64,000 bases of DNA, taken from the NCBI GenBank assembly GCA_964469605.1, contig CAYXZA010000003.1, forward strand, positions 3,721 to 67,720, read 5' to 3'. Made by a program: the position numbers and the translations under genes. Numbering within the stretch: position 1 is the first letter of the stretch; every line of letters begins with the position of its first letter. This document shows, piece by piece, positions 1-10,342 of the stretch. The notes under the pieces are model-generated. The model did not search any database, was not told the origin of the DNA, and saw only the letters and a list, made by a program, of their open reading frames with translations. This DNA is from an uncultured Candidatus Saccharibacteria bacterium (GTDB lineage Bacteria > Patescibacteriota > Minisyncoccia > Phycocordibacterales > DATDWN01).

Positions 1-464
1 TTTTCGCCGATAGTTTAGTTATTTCCCCCATTGTTTTATAGGTCTAACAACCTCTTTTGAAACAAATTCTACTTTTTTTCCTATTTCTTTTATCTTTTCA
101 TAGATAAAATATACACAAAACCCATTTCCTACTTTAGTTACTATAACTGTTGGGTTTGATTTCACAGCTTTTTTTATTCTATCTGGTTTATCATCTAATA
201 TTGAAAAATCAGGAAGAAAATATACCCAAATTGTTCCACCACCATTATTTATATTTTTTAAGGTTTTTTCTATTGTAGTAAATCTATCTTCTCCACAAAC
301 TTGTATGATAATTTGTTATTATCTGCATCTATTTCCAAATCTATCAAAATCAATAAAAATTGCAAGTCTACAAAAATCTACTTCTTTACACCTGTGTATT
401 TCGTAATTTCAAATATTTTTAAATTGATTTAAAATTAAGTTATTATAATTTTAATGTAATAAAA

Positions 465-2189
465 ATGCGATACATATATATAGCATTGTTTACTTTACTA
501 ACCCCTATCTTTGTCTTTGCTTCTGCTACCACCTCTGTTGAAGTTTCAACCGACAGTTATATAAATGAAATAAATCAAGTTAGAAATTATGGTGGAAGTC
601 AAGATCTCTTTGTCCAATCCGGCCCCTCTAAAAACAAGAGGGCTTTAATTTATTTTAATTTTCCAACTTTTCCAGATTTTACAGAAATAGAAAAAGCAGA
701 GGTTAAGGTTTATGCAAATGAGATACCAACAACTGAAAGAACTTATAATATAGGAGCATTATCATCCTCTTTTGTTGAAGGTAATGGAGGTGAAGATGAT
801 AGTCCGGTAGGTGAGGTCAACTGGGGAAATAAACCAGAGTCTGTATTTTTATCCTCAACTACAACACCTAGTGTTAAAAATACTTTTATGGTTTTTGATG
901 TAACTTCTTTTGTAAAAAATGTTTACAGTGGAGTATCTGAAAATTTTGGTTTTCAGATATCTGACAGTGTTGAAAATGAATCTATTGAAAACTATGGAAA
1001 TTTTCGTCCAAAAGAATATTCATCTGCATCTAGGAGGCCGAAACTTGAAATCACATACAAACTTCCTGTAAACACGATATCTGGTAATGTTTTTGATGAT
1101 CTAAATACAAATGGATTTTTGGATTCTGGTGAGAATGTTTTATCTTCAAGACAGCTTACTCTTTCTGGACAAGTTTCCACTACAACAGTTACTGATTCTT
1201 CTGGCAATTTTCAGATAAATTCTCTACCAAATGGTGATTATAATCTGTGTCTTTCTTTGATTGCAAAAGATATTCAAACAACTCCAAATTCAAATACTTT
1301 TTGTTCTGGAAAATCTTCTGCTAATTTTATTTTAGATGATACCTCTACGACAACTTACTCTACTGTTTTTGGGGTATTAAATGACAATATTCCACCAGCT
1401 ATTGCTGAAATAATATCTCCTATCTCTTCTACAACATCAAACATTGCAACTACAACTTTTTCTTGGAATCCTGTATCTGACATCAGTTCTCCTGTTAAAT
1501 ATATTTTTTCTTATTCAACTGACAGTTCAACAACGACAGAAAATAGTTTTTTAAATCCTTTGTTTACAGCAACAACAACCGATACTTCAATTGAAGTTGT
1601 ATTAAATTCAGGTTTGTATTTTTTCAATATAAAATCTTGTGATGATCTTGATAATTGTTCAAGTTTTTCTGATTCTAAAAATATAACAATTGATTTGGTA
1701 ACATCAACTACGACTTCAAATAGTAGTCAGTCGCAGGAAAATAATCAACAAAACAATACTTCATCTGGTGGACAAGTTGTTTCAAATGGGCCGATTGTTG
1801 GTTTTGCTGGTGGAACTTCTTTTGCACCCCAGATCCCACAAATAATCACGACAGTCTCTGTTCCAGAAGTCTCTCAAAAAACTGTTCAAAATGAAAATCC
1901 TATATCACAGATATTGAATTCTCCAGAAGTTGCAAATGAAGGTTTAGGTGTTGCAAATACACAGCTAAAAAATCCTCCACTTAGAAATTTTAATCAGGGT
2001 GACGAACAGGATTTGAAAGAAAATTTCTCTGAAAATCAAGGTGATGGTAGTAGTGTTGTTGCTGAAAATCAAAATACAAATCAATTAGCATCCGTGTCTT
2101 CTAGTGGAAACAATACTAACTGGAAACTTTTTTTGGTTTTAGGTATAATACTTGTTCTTGGTTCCATTTATATTTTTACCAAGAATTAA
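465..2189 (+). CDS. Secreted, C-terminally anchored surface protein (DNRLRE-like, SdrD-B-like and Fn3-like modules)
   Basis: Signal peptide; DSYIN...NYG...RALIYF and FDVTSFV...RPKLEITY motifs; SGNVFDDLNTNGFLDSGE; S/T/N-rich linker; C-terminal TM helix. Confidence 0.7.
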   Translation: MRYIYIALFTLLTPIFVFASATTSVEVSTDSYINEINQVRNYGGSQDLFVQSGPSKNKRALIYFNFPTFPDFTEIEKAEVKVYANEIPTTERTYNIGALSSSFVEGNGGEDDSPVGEVNWGNKPESVFLSSTTTPSVKNTFMVFDVTSFVKNVYSGVSENFGFQISDSVENESIENYGNFRPKEYSSASRRPKLEITYKLPVNTISGNVFDDLNTNGFLDSGENVLSSRQLTLSGQVSTTTVTDSSGNFQINSLPNGDYNLCLSLIAKDIQTTPNSNTFCSGKSSANFILDDTSTTTYSTVFGVLNDNIPPAIAEIISPISSTTSNIATTTFSWNPVSDISSPVKYIFSYSTDSSTTTENSFLNPLFTATTTDTSIEVVLNSGLYFFNIKSCDDLDNCSSFSDSKNITIDLVTSTTTSNSSQSQENNQQNNTSSGGQVVSNGPIVGFAGGTSFAPQIPQIITTVSVPEVSQKTVQNENPISQILNSPEVANEGLGVANTQLKNPPLRNFNQGDEQDLKENFSENQGDGSSVVAENQNTNQLASVSSSGNNTNWKLFLVLGIILVLGSIYIFTKN

Positions 2190-2213
2190 CAGTTTAATAA
2201 TATTTTAAAAATT

Positions 2214-2912
2214 ATGGTTAAAAATATTTTAGTTAGTCTTGTTATTGTAGCTTTACTCGTTTTTGCTGGCTATAAACTTATATCAAAAAAGAGTAATGTT
2301 GTTTTAAATGATCAAGTTCCTCAACCTAATGAAATTGACACATCAGTTCAAGCAAAAGATCCAAATTCTTTTACAGTTAGTAATTCTAGCAGTTCAGTTT
2401 CTTGGAAAGGTGCATTTGTTACAGGTGCAAAATCTCACACAGGAACAATTGCTATAAAATCAGGTGAAGGTGTGTTTGAAAATGGTTTGGTAAAATCAGC
2501 AACTCTTGTTTTTGATATGAATTCTATAAAAGATAAAGATAACAATACTAAACTAGAAGAACATCTAAAATCTGATGATTTCTTTAATTCAGCAACATAT
2601 CCAGAAGCTACTTTAAAGACTGTATCAGTTTCTACAACGACAAAAGTTGATGTTTATAACATAAAGGCAAATCTTACAATAAGAGATGTTACAAAAGAAA
2701 TATCATTCCCACTTGGTATAAAAACTCTTTCAAATGGAACAATTGAAGCTACGGGAAAAGTTGTTTTCAATAGAGCTGATTTTAATGTAAAATATGGTTC
2801 AAAATCTTTCTTTAAAAATCTTGGAGACAAGGTTATAAAAGATGAAATTGAGCTAAATGTTGATGTTATCACAGATCCTTTTGAAGGAGCTAAAAGTCCC
2901 AGTAGTATCTAA
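2214..2912 (+). CDS. YceI-family lipid/polyisoprenoid-binding protein
   Basis: SSVSWKG, HTGTI, HLKSDDFFN..YP, LTIRDVTK, NRADFNVKY motifs; N-terminal TM. Confidence 0.9.
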   Translation: MVKNILVSLVIVALLVFAGYKLISKKSNVVLNDQVPQPNEIDTSVQAKDPNSFTVSNSSSSVSWKGAFVTGAKSHTGTIAIKSGEGVFENGLVKSATLVFDMNSIKDKDNNTKLEEHLKSDDFFNSATYPEATLKTVSVSTTTKVDVYNIKANLTIRDVTKEISFPLGIKTLSNGTIEATGKVVFNRADFNVKYGSKSFFKNLGDKVIKDEIELNVDVITDPFEGAKSPSSI

Positions 2913-2919
2913 AAATACA

Positions 2920-3390
2920 GTGTCTAAAATAAAAATAGAAACAAATTATGGTGATATAGTTTTTGAGACTTATCCAAAAGATGCTCCGAAAACTGTTTCA
3001 AACTTTGTGTCACTTGCAAATAAAGGTTTTTATAACGGTCTTATATTTCACAGGGTTATAAGTGGTTTTATGATTCAAGGTGGTGACCCACTTGGAAATG
3101 GCACAGGTGGTCCGGGATATAAATTTGAAGATGAGCTTAATTCAAATACCGATTCATACAAGGCTGGTTATAAAAAAGGTGTTGTTGCTATGGCAAATGC
3201 TGGGCCAAAAACAAACGGTAGTCAATTCTTTATAATGTTAGAAGATTATCCTTTGCCAAACAATTATACAATCTTTGGAAAAGTTATCTCCGGTCAAGAT
3301 GTTGTTGATAAGATAGGGAAGGTCAAGACAAATACAAATGACAAACCAATATCTGATGTTGTTATGAAAAAAGTCACAGTCCAAAATTAA
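2920..3390 (+). CDS. Cyclophilin-type peptidyl-prolyl isomerase (start uncertain; frame open from 2857)
   Basis: FHRVISGFMIQGGDPLGNGTGGPGY, AMANAG, NGSQFFI, YTIFGKV. Confidence 0.95.
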   Translation: MSKIKIETNYGDIVFETYPKDAPKTVSNFVSLANKGFYNGLIFHRVISGFMIQGGDPLGNGTGGPGYKFEDELNSNTDSYKAGYKKGVVAMANAGPKTNGSQFFIMLEDYPLPNNYTIFGKVISGQDVVDKIGKVKTNTNDKPISDVVMKKVTVQN

Positions 3391-3408
3391 AAAAAAGAAA
3401 AGTGCCGA

Positions 3409-3618
3409 TCAGTCTCGGCCTTTTTTAATTTTTATGACAGGAAAATCTCTAGGATTATTTTTATATTTTCTTCTTCTTGCAAATCCTTTAAGTTTACTTC
3501 TTTTATTGATTCTTTTTTCCACTTCATTTTTTTCATCTTCTGTTAAATTAGCTAATTCTTCTTGTCTATAAAAACATTCAGTTACTTTTTCTAGTATTTC
3601 TTTTTCTTCTCTGGTCAT
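3409..3618 (-). CDS. Small basic hypothetical protein
   Basis: 69-aa ORF with ATG start filling an intergenic gap; no family recognised. Confidence 0.5.
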   Translation of the reverse strand: MTREEKEILEKVTECFYRQEELANLTEDEKNEVEKRINKRSKLKGFARRRKYKNNPRDFPVIKIKKGRD

Positions 3619-3687
3619 TCTAAATGCAATTATATACTAAAAAATATAATTTGCAAAAAAAGACTCTTTTTGTTATATTAGTTATCA

Positions 3688-3942
3688 ATGAAAAAGGACA
3701 TACATCCAAAAGATTATAGAACAGTGCTTTTCGTAGATAACTCTAACGGGGCAGAATTTTTGATACCTTCAACTGTCAAAACATCTGAAAAAGCAAAAGC
3801 AAAAGACGGCAAAGAATATCCGGTTTTTAGACTTGAAATAAGCAGTGCTTCACACCCATTTTATACTGGTAATGAGAAAACTTTGGATTCAGCTGGAAGA
3901 GTTGAAAAATTCAAAGCTCGTCAAGCAAAAGCAAAAAAATAG
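3688..3942 (+). CDS. rpmE: 50S ribosomal protein L31 type B (no zinc cysteines)
   Basis: MKKDIHPKDYR, EISSASHPFYTG, GRVEKF. Confidence 0.97.
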   Translation: MKKDIHPKDYRTVLFVDNSNGAEFLIPSTVKTSEKAKAKDGKEYPVFRLEISSASHPFYTGNEKTLDSAGRVEKFKARQAKAKK

Positions 3943-3960
3943 ACTTTTGCCATTTTTACT

Positions 3961-4935
3961 ATGGATTTATCTAGGTTTAAAGATAACCAGAAAACTGCAT
4001 ATTTGTATGAAGCATATCAAAGTCTCTTAAAACAAGAAGAGGAGCTTTCTTCATTTTTAAATGATCCAAATTTAGAATCTATTGCAAAGGAAGATTTAGC
4101 ATCCATAGAGGTTCAAAAAAAAGCTCTATATAACCAAATGGATGAAATTGTTAAAAGTGAAGAGAAAGAATTGGAATTTCCAAATGAGATAATCCTAGAG
4201 GTTAGGGCTGGTGTTGGTGGCGATGAGGCATCTTTATTTGCAAAAGATTTGGCCTTGATGTATCAAAAATATTGTGAATCAAAAGGTTTTCAGTTTTCTG
4301 TTGTTGATGAATCTTTTAGTGCATCTGGTGGATACAAAGAAGCATCTTTTGAAATAAAAGGTAAAGATATTTACAAACTACTTAGATTTGAGACAGGTGT
4401 TCATCGTATTCAGAGGATTCCTCAAACAGAAAAGATGGGAAGGGTTCATACATCAACAGCTTCTGTTGCAATTTTACCGATAAGAAAGAAAACAAAATTA
4501 GAAATAAATCCAACTGATCTTGAGATGGAATTTTCTAGATCAGGAGGTGCTGGTGGTCAAAATGTTAACAAGGTTGAAACTGCTGTTCGTATTATACATA
4601 AACCAACTGGCATAGATGTTCGTTCAACAGCTGAGAGAAGTCAGCTTAAAAACAGGGAAAGGGCTATGTCTATACTTTTAGCCAAGCTTGAAGTTTTAAA
4701 AGAGGCAGAAGAGATGGCAAAGTTTTCAAAAGATAGAAAAGATCAGATTGGAACAGCTGATAGATCAGAAAAAATAAGAACTTACAATATTTTGCAAGAC
4801 AGAATAACAGATCATAGGATAAAAGAATCTTGGCACAATATAGACAAAATAATGTCAGGTTTTTTAGATGATATAATAGACCGTTTCAAAGACTTTGACG
4901 GCTCTTTTAGTTCAGATGATCAAGATGTTGCATAA
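3961..4935 (+). CDS. prfA: Peptide chain release factor 1
   Basis: [12 protein letters not shown] (PxT motif of RF1), [19 protein letters not shown]. Confidence 0.95.
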   Translation: MDLSRFKDNQKTAYLYEAYQSLLKQEEELSSFLNDPNLESIAKEDLASIEVQKKALYNQMDEIVKSEEKELEFPNEIILEVRAGVGGDEASLFAKDLALMYQKYCESKGFQFSVVDESFSASGGYKEASFEIKGKDIYKLLRFETGVHRIQRIPQTEKMGRVHTSTASVAILPIRKKTKLEINPTDLEMEFSRSGGAGGQNVNKVETAVRIIHKPTGIDVRSTAERSQLKNRERAMSILLAKLEVLKEAEEMAKFSKDRKDQIGTADRSEKIRTYNILQDRITDHRIKESWHNIDKIMSGFLDDIIDRFKDFDGSFSSDDQDVA

Positions 4936-4967
4936 CTTTGTATAATTTGCTAGACTTCTATACTGTC

Positions 4968-5672
4968 ATGGATAAAAACACACAAAAAGATAATATTATA
5001 GATAGCCTATTTTCAGTAGGGGCTCATTTTGGTTTTATAAAATCAAGAAGACATCCTTCTACAAAACCTTTTATTTTCGGGGTTAAAAATAAGATAGAAA
5101 TATTTGATTTAGAGAAAACTAAAAAAGCTATGGAAACAGCACTAGAATTCATTTCTTCTGTTGCTTCAAAAAAAGGATTGATGCTTTTTGCTTCTAGTAA
5201 AAATGAGGCAAAAGAATCTATTTCTTCAAAACCTTCAACTATAAACCAACCATTTGTTGCTGGTAGGTGGATAGGAGGAACTCTTACAAATTTTAATGAA
5301 ATAAAAAAGAGAGTTGATAAAATGCAAAATCTACTTTCTGAAAAAGAAAAAGGTCTGTTAGTTAAATATACAAAAAAAGAAAGACTATTGATAGACAGAG
5401 AAATCGAAAAAATGAAAAGGTTTTTCTCTGGAATAGTTTCTATGAATGAACTTCCAAAAGTTTTGTTTGTAGTTGATCCTAAAAAAGAACATATTGCAGT
5501 TAAAGAGGCTAAAGCATTGGGGATAAAAACAGTGGCAATTTGTGGTTCTGATTGTAATATAAATGATATAGACTTCCCAATACCTGCAAATGATGCAAGT
5601 AAAGCAAGTATTGAGTTTTTTGTTGATTTAGCTGTAAAAGCTTATCAAAAAGGACTTTTAAAGAAGGAATAA
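4968..5672 (+). CDS. rpsB: 30S ribosomal protein S2
   Basis: GAHFG, RWIGGTLTN, IPANDAS; upstream of tsf. Confidence 0.97.
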   Translation: MDKNTQKDNIIDSLFSVGAHFGFIKSRRHPSTKPFIFGVKNKIEIFDLEKTKKAMETALEFISSVASKKGLMLFASSKNEAKESISSKPSTINQPFVAGRWIGGTLTNFNEIKKRVDKMQNLLSEKEKGLLVKYTKKERLLIDREIEKMKRFFSGIVSMNELPKVLFVVDPKKEHIAVKEAKALGIKTVAICGSDCNINDIDFPIPANDASKASIEFFVDLAVKAYQKGLLKKE

Positions 5673-5701
5673 TTTTCTTTTAATAAACTAATCTAAATAA
5701 T

Positions 5702-6286
5702 ATGGAGATAACAACAGAGTTAATCAAATCACTTCGTGATAAAACAGGTGTTTCTGTAATGCAATGTAAAAAAGCATTAGAAGAGGCTTCTGGTGATTTT
5801 GATAAAGCTATTATTATTTTAATGAAAAAAAGTTCTGAAATATCACTTAAAAAAAGTGACAGAACACTTGGAGCTGGTGTTGTTGAAGCATATATACATA
5901 GCACAAAATCAGTTGGAGCAATGGTTGAGCTTATGTGTGAGACAGATTTCGTCTCTGGAAATGAAGATTTTAAAAAATTAGCTTATGATATTGCTATGCA
6001 TATTACAGCTTCTAATCCAGAGTTTCTAAAAAAAGAAGATATAGGTGAGTCTGATATGCTAAAAGCAAAAGAGGTCTTTGCAAAAGAAGTAGAGGGTAAA
6101 CCAGAAGATCTAAAAGAAAAAATATTATCTGGAAAACTAGACTCTTACTTTAACGAGAGAATTCTTTTGGAACAAAAATTTATTAAAAATCCAGAATTAA
6201 CTATAAAAGATTTGATAACTCAAGCTGTTCAGAAGTTTGGAGAAAAGACTGAAATAACTAGATTTTCAAGATTTTCTATTAAATAA
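5702..6286 (+). CDS. tsf: Elongation factor Ts (short form)
   Basis: LRDKTGVSVMQCKKAL, ELMCETDFV. Confidence 0.97.
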   Translation: MEITTELIKSLRDKTGVSVMQCKKALEEASGDFDKAIIILMKKSSEISLKKSDRTLGAGVVEAYIHSTKSVGAMVELMCETDFVSGNEDFKKLAYDIAMHITASNPEFLKKEDIGESDMLKAKEVFAKEVEGKPEDLKEKILSGKLDSYFNERILLEQKFIKNPELTIKDLITQAVQKFGEKTEITRFSRFSIK

Positions 6287-6292
6287 AAAAGT

Positions 6293-6730
6293 ATGATTAT
6301 CATATTTTATATTTCGTTTTTGGCTATTGTGATAATGCTCTGTTTAAAGTTAACTTCTTTTAGACCAGCGATTTTATCTGATGTTGTCAGAAAGTTTGAC
6401 ACAAAAGCACATTATTTTAGAGATCTTATTTACAAAAAGATGAGATTATATAAAAGAATTGCTTCCTTATTTATTTTTGATTTTTTACCAGCTTATTTAT
6501 ATGAAAAGAGTGTCTCTTTGAAAGATTATCTTTATAAAAAATATTATGAGAGTGCTTCAAATTTAAAAGGTAATAGAAAGATTTTAAAAAGTTCAGGTTC
6601 AGTATCATCTTTTTTACAAGAAATTAAACTAGAAAAACCTGATGATAAAAATGGTTTTATAGTTGATAGTTTGATTGATGGTGGAAAAAATAATGATAAA
6701 AAAGATGATGTTTTGAGGGTTGATTTATAG
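6293..6730 (+). CDS. Hypothetical membrane-anchored protein
   Basis: 145-aa ORF directly after tsf; hydrophobic N-terminus. Confidence 0.65.
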   Translation: MIIIFYISFLAIVIMLCLKLTSFRPAILSDVVRKFDTKAHYFRDLIYKKMRLYKRIASLFIFDFLPAYLYEKSVSLKDYLYKKYYESASNLKGNRKILKSSGSVSSFLQEIKLEKPDDKNGFIVDSLIDGGKNNDKKDDVLRVDL

Positions 6731-6755
6731 TCTGTTTTTGATATAATCTAAGTGT

Positions 6756-6828
6756 GCCACTTTAGCTCAGTTGGTAGAGCAGCCGTTTTGTAAACGGCAG
6801 GTCGTCAGTTCAAGCCTGACAAGTGGCT
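6756..6828 (+). tRNA. tRNA-Thr(TGT)
   Basis: Cloverleaf GCCACTT/AAGTGGC; anticodon arm GCCGT-TTTGTAA-ACGGC; GTTCAAGCC. Confidence 0.97.
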
Positions 6829-6960
6829 CCGAATGAAATGAGGAGATAATTGGATGGACTTGAACTGTTGGAAGGAGTCGGGAAACGATAGTTTCCCGTA
6901 AAGGAAGGTTTTGGAAAACCGTGGGTTTCCAAGTTGTTTGAAGCCTGACAAGTAGATCCA
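6829..6960 (+). repeat. Divergent tRNA-trailer element with duplicated tRNA-Thr 3' arm
   Basis: GGACTTGAACTG (6856-6867) antisense to the T arm; two hairpins; AAGCCTGACAAGT repeated at 6941-6953, then AGATCCA. Confidence 0.7.
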
Positions 6961-6971
6961 AAATCCACCTT

Positions 6972-7673
6972 CTACCTCTCCTGTGTTGAACTAGCATTTT
7001 TTTCAGATTCTAGTTTCCAGATTTTTGTTTGGGGAATTTTCTTTTCCAAATCTTCTACATTTTGAAAACCATAGTAAACTTTATCATTTATGATAAGTGC
7101 AGGCATTTGGTTTTTTATATTATGAATAGCAATAAGTGTTTTTAGTGCTCCAACATCTAGATTATAATCAAAAGCATAAACTCTTAACTTTGGATAATCC
7201 TCTCTCATTTTTGTTAAAACATAGCCCATTTTTTGACAATCCTGACATTCTCCACTGTTTGAGTAGAAATAGATTATTGAGGCCGGTTTAGTCTTGCATT
7301 TTTCAGCAATCTTTTTCATCAAAAGATAATCTTTTATTTGAAGTAATGTATAGTATTTTTTAACAGCGATAATGGTTTTATCATCGTCACCTCTGTCTTT
7401 TTCTGTTGACGACAATCTCTCCTCTAAAACAGAAAGCTCGTCTGATAGGGAATTTGTTCCGATGTCTTCGCAAGACGAATCCTCTAAAAGAGCAAATTGA
7501 GTTTCAGATGATAATATGTCTATGGAGATCTTGTCTTGAATGTTTTTTATTTCAGCAATTTTTTTCTCTCCTAAATAGTTGCTTATATATATAGCAGTAG
7601 CAAAAATAGAACCTGTCATTAGCAGGACTAATATATACTTTTTAAAATCAATATTATTGTGTTCTTTTTCCAT
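6972..7673 (-). CDS. Membrane-anchored protein with C-terminal thioredoxin-like CxxC domain
   Basis: N-terminal TM; IIYFYS..ECQDC; MPALIINDKVYYG. Confidence 0.75.
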   Translation of the reverse strand: MEKEHNNIDFKKYILVLLMTGSIFATAIYISNYLGEKKIAEIKNIQDKISIDILSSETQFALLEDSSCEDIGTNSLSDELSVLEERLSSTEKDRGDDDKTIIAVKKYYTLLQIKDYLLMKKIAEKCKTKPASIIYFYSNSGECQDCQKMGYVLTKMREDYPKLRVYAFDYNLDVGALKTLIAIHNIKNQMPALIINDKVYYGFQNVEDLEKKIPQTKIWKLESEKNASSTQER

Positions 7674-7674
7674 T

Positions 7675-8928
7675 TTATCTCCAATTTGTTTTTGAACCAG
7701 TTAATGCTTTAAATACAGCCCTTGCTAACCATATTGGTGCTATAAATGTATACAAAGTTAAGAAATAAAGCAAATCCATACCTAATCTAAATTTACCCTC
7801 TTCCATCTTTCTTGATATATAAAGTATTGTTAGTGTTCCTAAAAAAGTAACAAAAGAGATTATGGCTATCATACCAGTATTTATTGAAAATATACTGATT
7901 GAAGATATTTTAGGTAAATGGAAGCTGAAACCAATAGTTTTTATTTTTATAATTTCTTCAACTAAACTATATGTAAAATTAACAACTATACTGCTCAATA
8001 TATATATTCCAGAGATGATAGATAATGAAGCCATTGGTAATATAAATATACCCAAGTTACCGTATTCTCTTTTAAAAAATATAAATTTATAATCTATTGC
8101 ATTTTTAATAAATCCATAAGTCCATCTAAGTCTTTGTTTTACCAGTTTTTTAACTGTATTTGGAGCAACTGTGTATACAAATGCATTGTGTGAATTTGCG
8201 ATTTTTAGTTTGTGTTTTTGTATTCTCATTGCCATTTCCATATCCTCTGTGTTATGTGCCAATCTGTATTGACCTATCTGTGAAAATAAATCTTTTTTAA
8301 ATATTGAAAATGGCCCAGGTGTGACATAAAGAGCACCTATATAAGAGAGCATTTTTCTTAAAAGTATTCCCCAGCCGTATTCAACTTTTTGCATCATTTG
8401 AAGTATGTTTTCTGGTTTGTATATTTTAACTGACGGTGTTACAGATACGGCATTTTCATCTCTTTCAAAATAAAGCATTATATTTTCAAGTGCATTTTTA
8501 TCTACATAAGAATCTGCATCAAGACATCCTATGTATTCTCCATTACAGTTTTCAATTCCAAAATTTAATACAGAATGTTTTCCTCCATTTTCTTTTTTAA
8601 AAATTTTTATTTGAGGGTATTTTTTAAATTCTTGTAATACTTGCCAAGTTCCATCGGTTGATCCGTCATCTACTGCCAATATTTCCAGTCTATCTTTTGG
8701 ATATTTTAATTCAAGTAGAGAGTTTAGGGTTTTTGACACGGTTTTCTCTTCGTTCCAGCAGGGGACTATTATAGAAACCAATGGATGGTTTTTTGGAGAT
8801 TGGTTTATTAGTTTGTTTTCCTCTTTTATTCTTTTTCTGTTTTCTAAATAAGTTACAAGTATAAAGACCTCAAAATAAAGAGATGTGAATAAAAATAAAT
8901 ATGTAAAAAAATGTTTTATATCTGGCAT
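7675..8928 (-). CDS. Family 2 processive glycosyltransferase (PgaC/cellulose-synthase-like)
   Basis: VDDGSTD, LDADS, TED, QRLRW; TM helices. Confidence 0.93.
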   Translation of the reverse strand: MPDIKHFFTYLFLFTSLYFEVFILVTYLENRKRIKEENKLINQSPKNHPLVSIIVPCWNEEKTVSKTLNSLLELKYPKDRLEILAVDDGSTDGTWQVLQEFKKYPQIKIFKKENGGKHSVLNFGIENCNGEYIGCLDADSYVDKNALENIMLYFERDENAVSVTPSVKIYKPENILQMMQKVEYGWGILLRKMLSYIGALYVTPGPFSIFKKDLFSQIGQYRLAHNTEDMEMAMRIQKHKLKIANSHNAFVYTVAPNTVKKLVKQRLRWTYGFIKNAIDYKFIFFKREYGNLGIFILPMASLSIISGIYILSSIVVNFTYSLVEEIIKIKTIGFSFHLPKISSISIFSINTGMIAIISFVTFLGTLTILYISRKMEEGKFRLGMDLLYFLTLYTFIAPIWLARAVFKALTGSKTNWR

Positions 8929-8929
8929 T

Positions 8930-10069
8930 TTATCTTAGTTTTGCTCCATATATCCTTTCAGTTTCAGAATAGAGTTTTGTTTGTATTTGATCTACTTCTT
9001 CTGATGTCAGAGTCTTTTCTGGACTTCTGTAAACTATATGATATGTAAAGCTGATCTTATCTTTACCAAACTTTTCTTCATTTTCGTATTTATCAGATAG
9101 AGAGACTTCCTCAACAAGATCTTTGCCAATTTCTCTTATTAGGTCAAAGTAGTCGTTTGGAACAAAAGATTTGTCGACTATAAAAGATATATCCCTTTGC
9201 GCTTTTGGATATTTGCTTACTTCTATATATTTGTTTCCTAAAACTAATTGTTTTTTTACTCTAGGATCTTCTGACCAAAATAGTCTTATGTCTGGTAAAT
9301 CCATACTTATTGTTGAAAGTCTTTCCAGTCCAAATCCAAAAGCCCATCCACTGTATCCTTCCAGTCCAAAATTTTTTAAAATATCTTTCTTCGGCATACC
9401 ACTTCCTAGTACTTCCATCCATTGACCATTTAACTCTATCTCAACTTCAAGACTTGGGTCTGTGTATGGAAAAGTGTCTTCGTTGAATCTGTATTTAATA
9501 TCCTCTCCAAATATTGTAGTAATAACTTCACTTAAAACAGCTTTTAAATTTTCAAGTGTTATTGATTCTTTTTCATCTGGAACTAAAAACAAACCTCCAA
9601 ATTGATGAAAAACATTCATATGTCTCCTGTCTATTTCATCTTTTCTGTAAACTTTTCCGTAACAGATAACTCCAAGATTTTCTTTATTTTTAATTTTTTC
9701 TTTTATGTCTGGGTGGTTTAAATAGTAATACCACATCACAGTGTCGTGAGTTCTTAGAATATTTTTTTCATCTGCATAATATGTATCAGATTTGCTCCTA
9801 GCAGGATGATCTGGCTTAAAGCCAAACAAGTCAAAACATATACTAGCTGGAACTATCTCGGGTATTTCTATTATGTCAAAATTTTCTAGACTTTTTATTG
9901 CCAATACCTTTTTGACCATTTCAAAGAGGGGACTGCCTTCTGTTCTAGAAAGGTCTGGCATAGACAGATACTTTTTCATTCTTAGAGACTCAAAATCATT
10001 TCTGGTTTCTAAACCTTCTTTTATTTTTTTTTCTTCAGAATTATCTATTTTTATATATTTACCTGTCAT
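8930..10069 (-). CDS. pheS: Phenylalanine-tRNA ligase, single-chain type with fused anticodon-binding domain
   Basis: HPARSKSDTYY, GKVYRKDEID, FPYTDPSLE, GWAFGFGLERL, then YPKAQRDISF...YRSPEKTLT. Confidence 0.92.
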   Translation of the reverse strand: MTGKYIKIDNSEEKKIKEGLETRNDFESLRMKKYLSMPDLSRTEGSPLFEMVKKVLAIKSLENFDIIEIPEIVPASICFDLFGFKPDHPARSKSDTYYADEKNILRTHDTVMWYYYLNHPDIKEKIKNKENLGVICYGKVYRKDEIDRRHMNVFHQFGGLFLVPDEKESITLENLKAVLSEVITTIFGEDIKYRFNEDTFPYTDPSLEVEIELNGQWMEVLGSGMPKKDILKNFGLEGYSGWAFGFGLERLSTISMDLPDIRLFWSEDPRVKKQLVLGNKYIEVSKYPKAQRDISFIVDKSFVPNDYFDLIREIGKDLVEEVSLSDKYENEEKFGKDKISFTYHIVYRSPEKTLTSEEVDQIQTKLYSETERIYGAKLR

Positions 10070-10342
10070 TTTAGCTTGTTTAAGTGTTAATGTTTATATA
10101 GCTAAATATACAAGAAAAACCCTCTTTTTTCAAGGGTTTTAAAAATATATAAAAATCGACCTTTTTTGCAAAATTTGGATTTGACTTTTAGTATCAAGTG
10201 GTGGTATAATATAGGTAGTGTAAGTTTCTCCACGTTTTTAGTAATAGTCTTAAAAGAACTTTTAAGTCAAAAGTTATAGAGCGTTTCAAGAGAGTTAGTC
10301 GCCTTACATTTGTTTAATATAAAGACTAAAAGAAAAATTGCA

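Noticed and set aside
19-315. About 95 open codons on the minus strand
   Set aside because: No canonical start before the in-frame stops and no recognisable family; may be a remnant.
6767-6997. ORFs overlapping tRNAs, trailer elements or MITEs (also 31099-31332, 31832-32065, 40373-40558, 51458-51646, 60232-60543, 60321-60521)
   Set aside because: They are shadow frames of RNA genes and repeats; the similarity of the 31099 and 51458 peptides only reflects the shared MITE.
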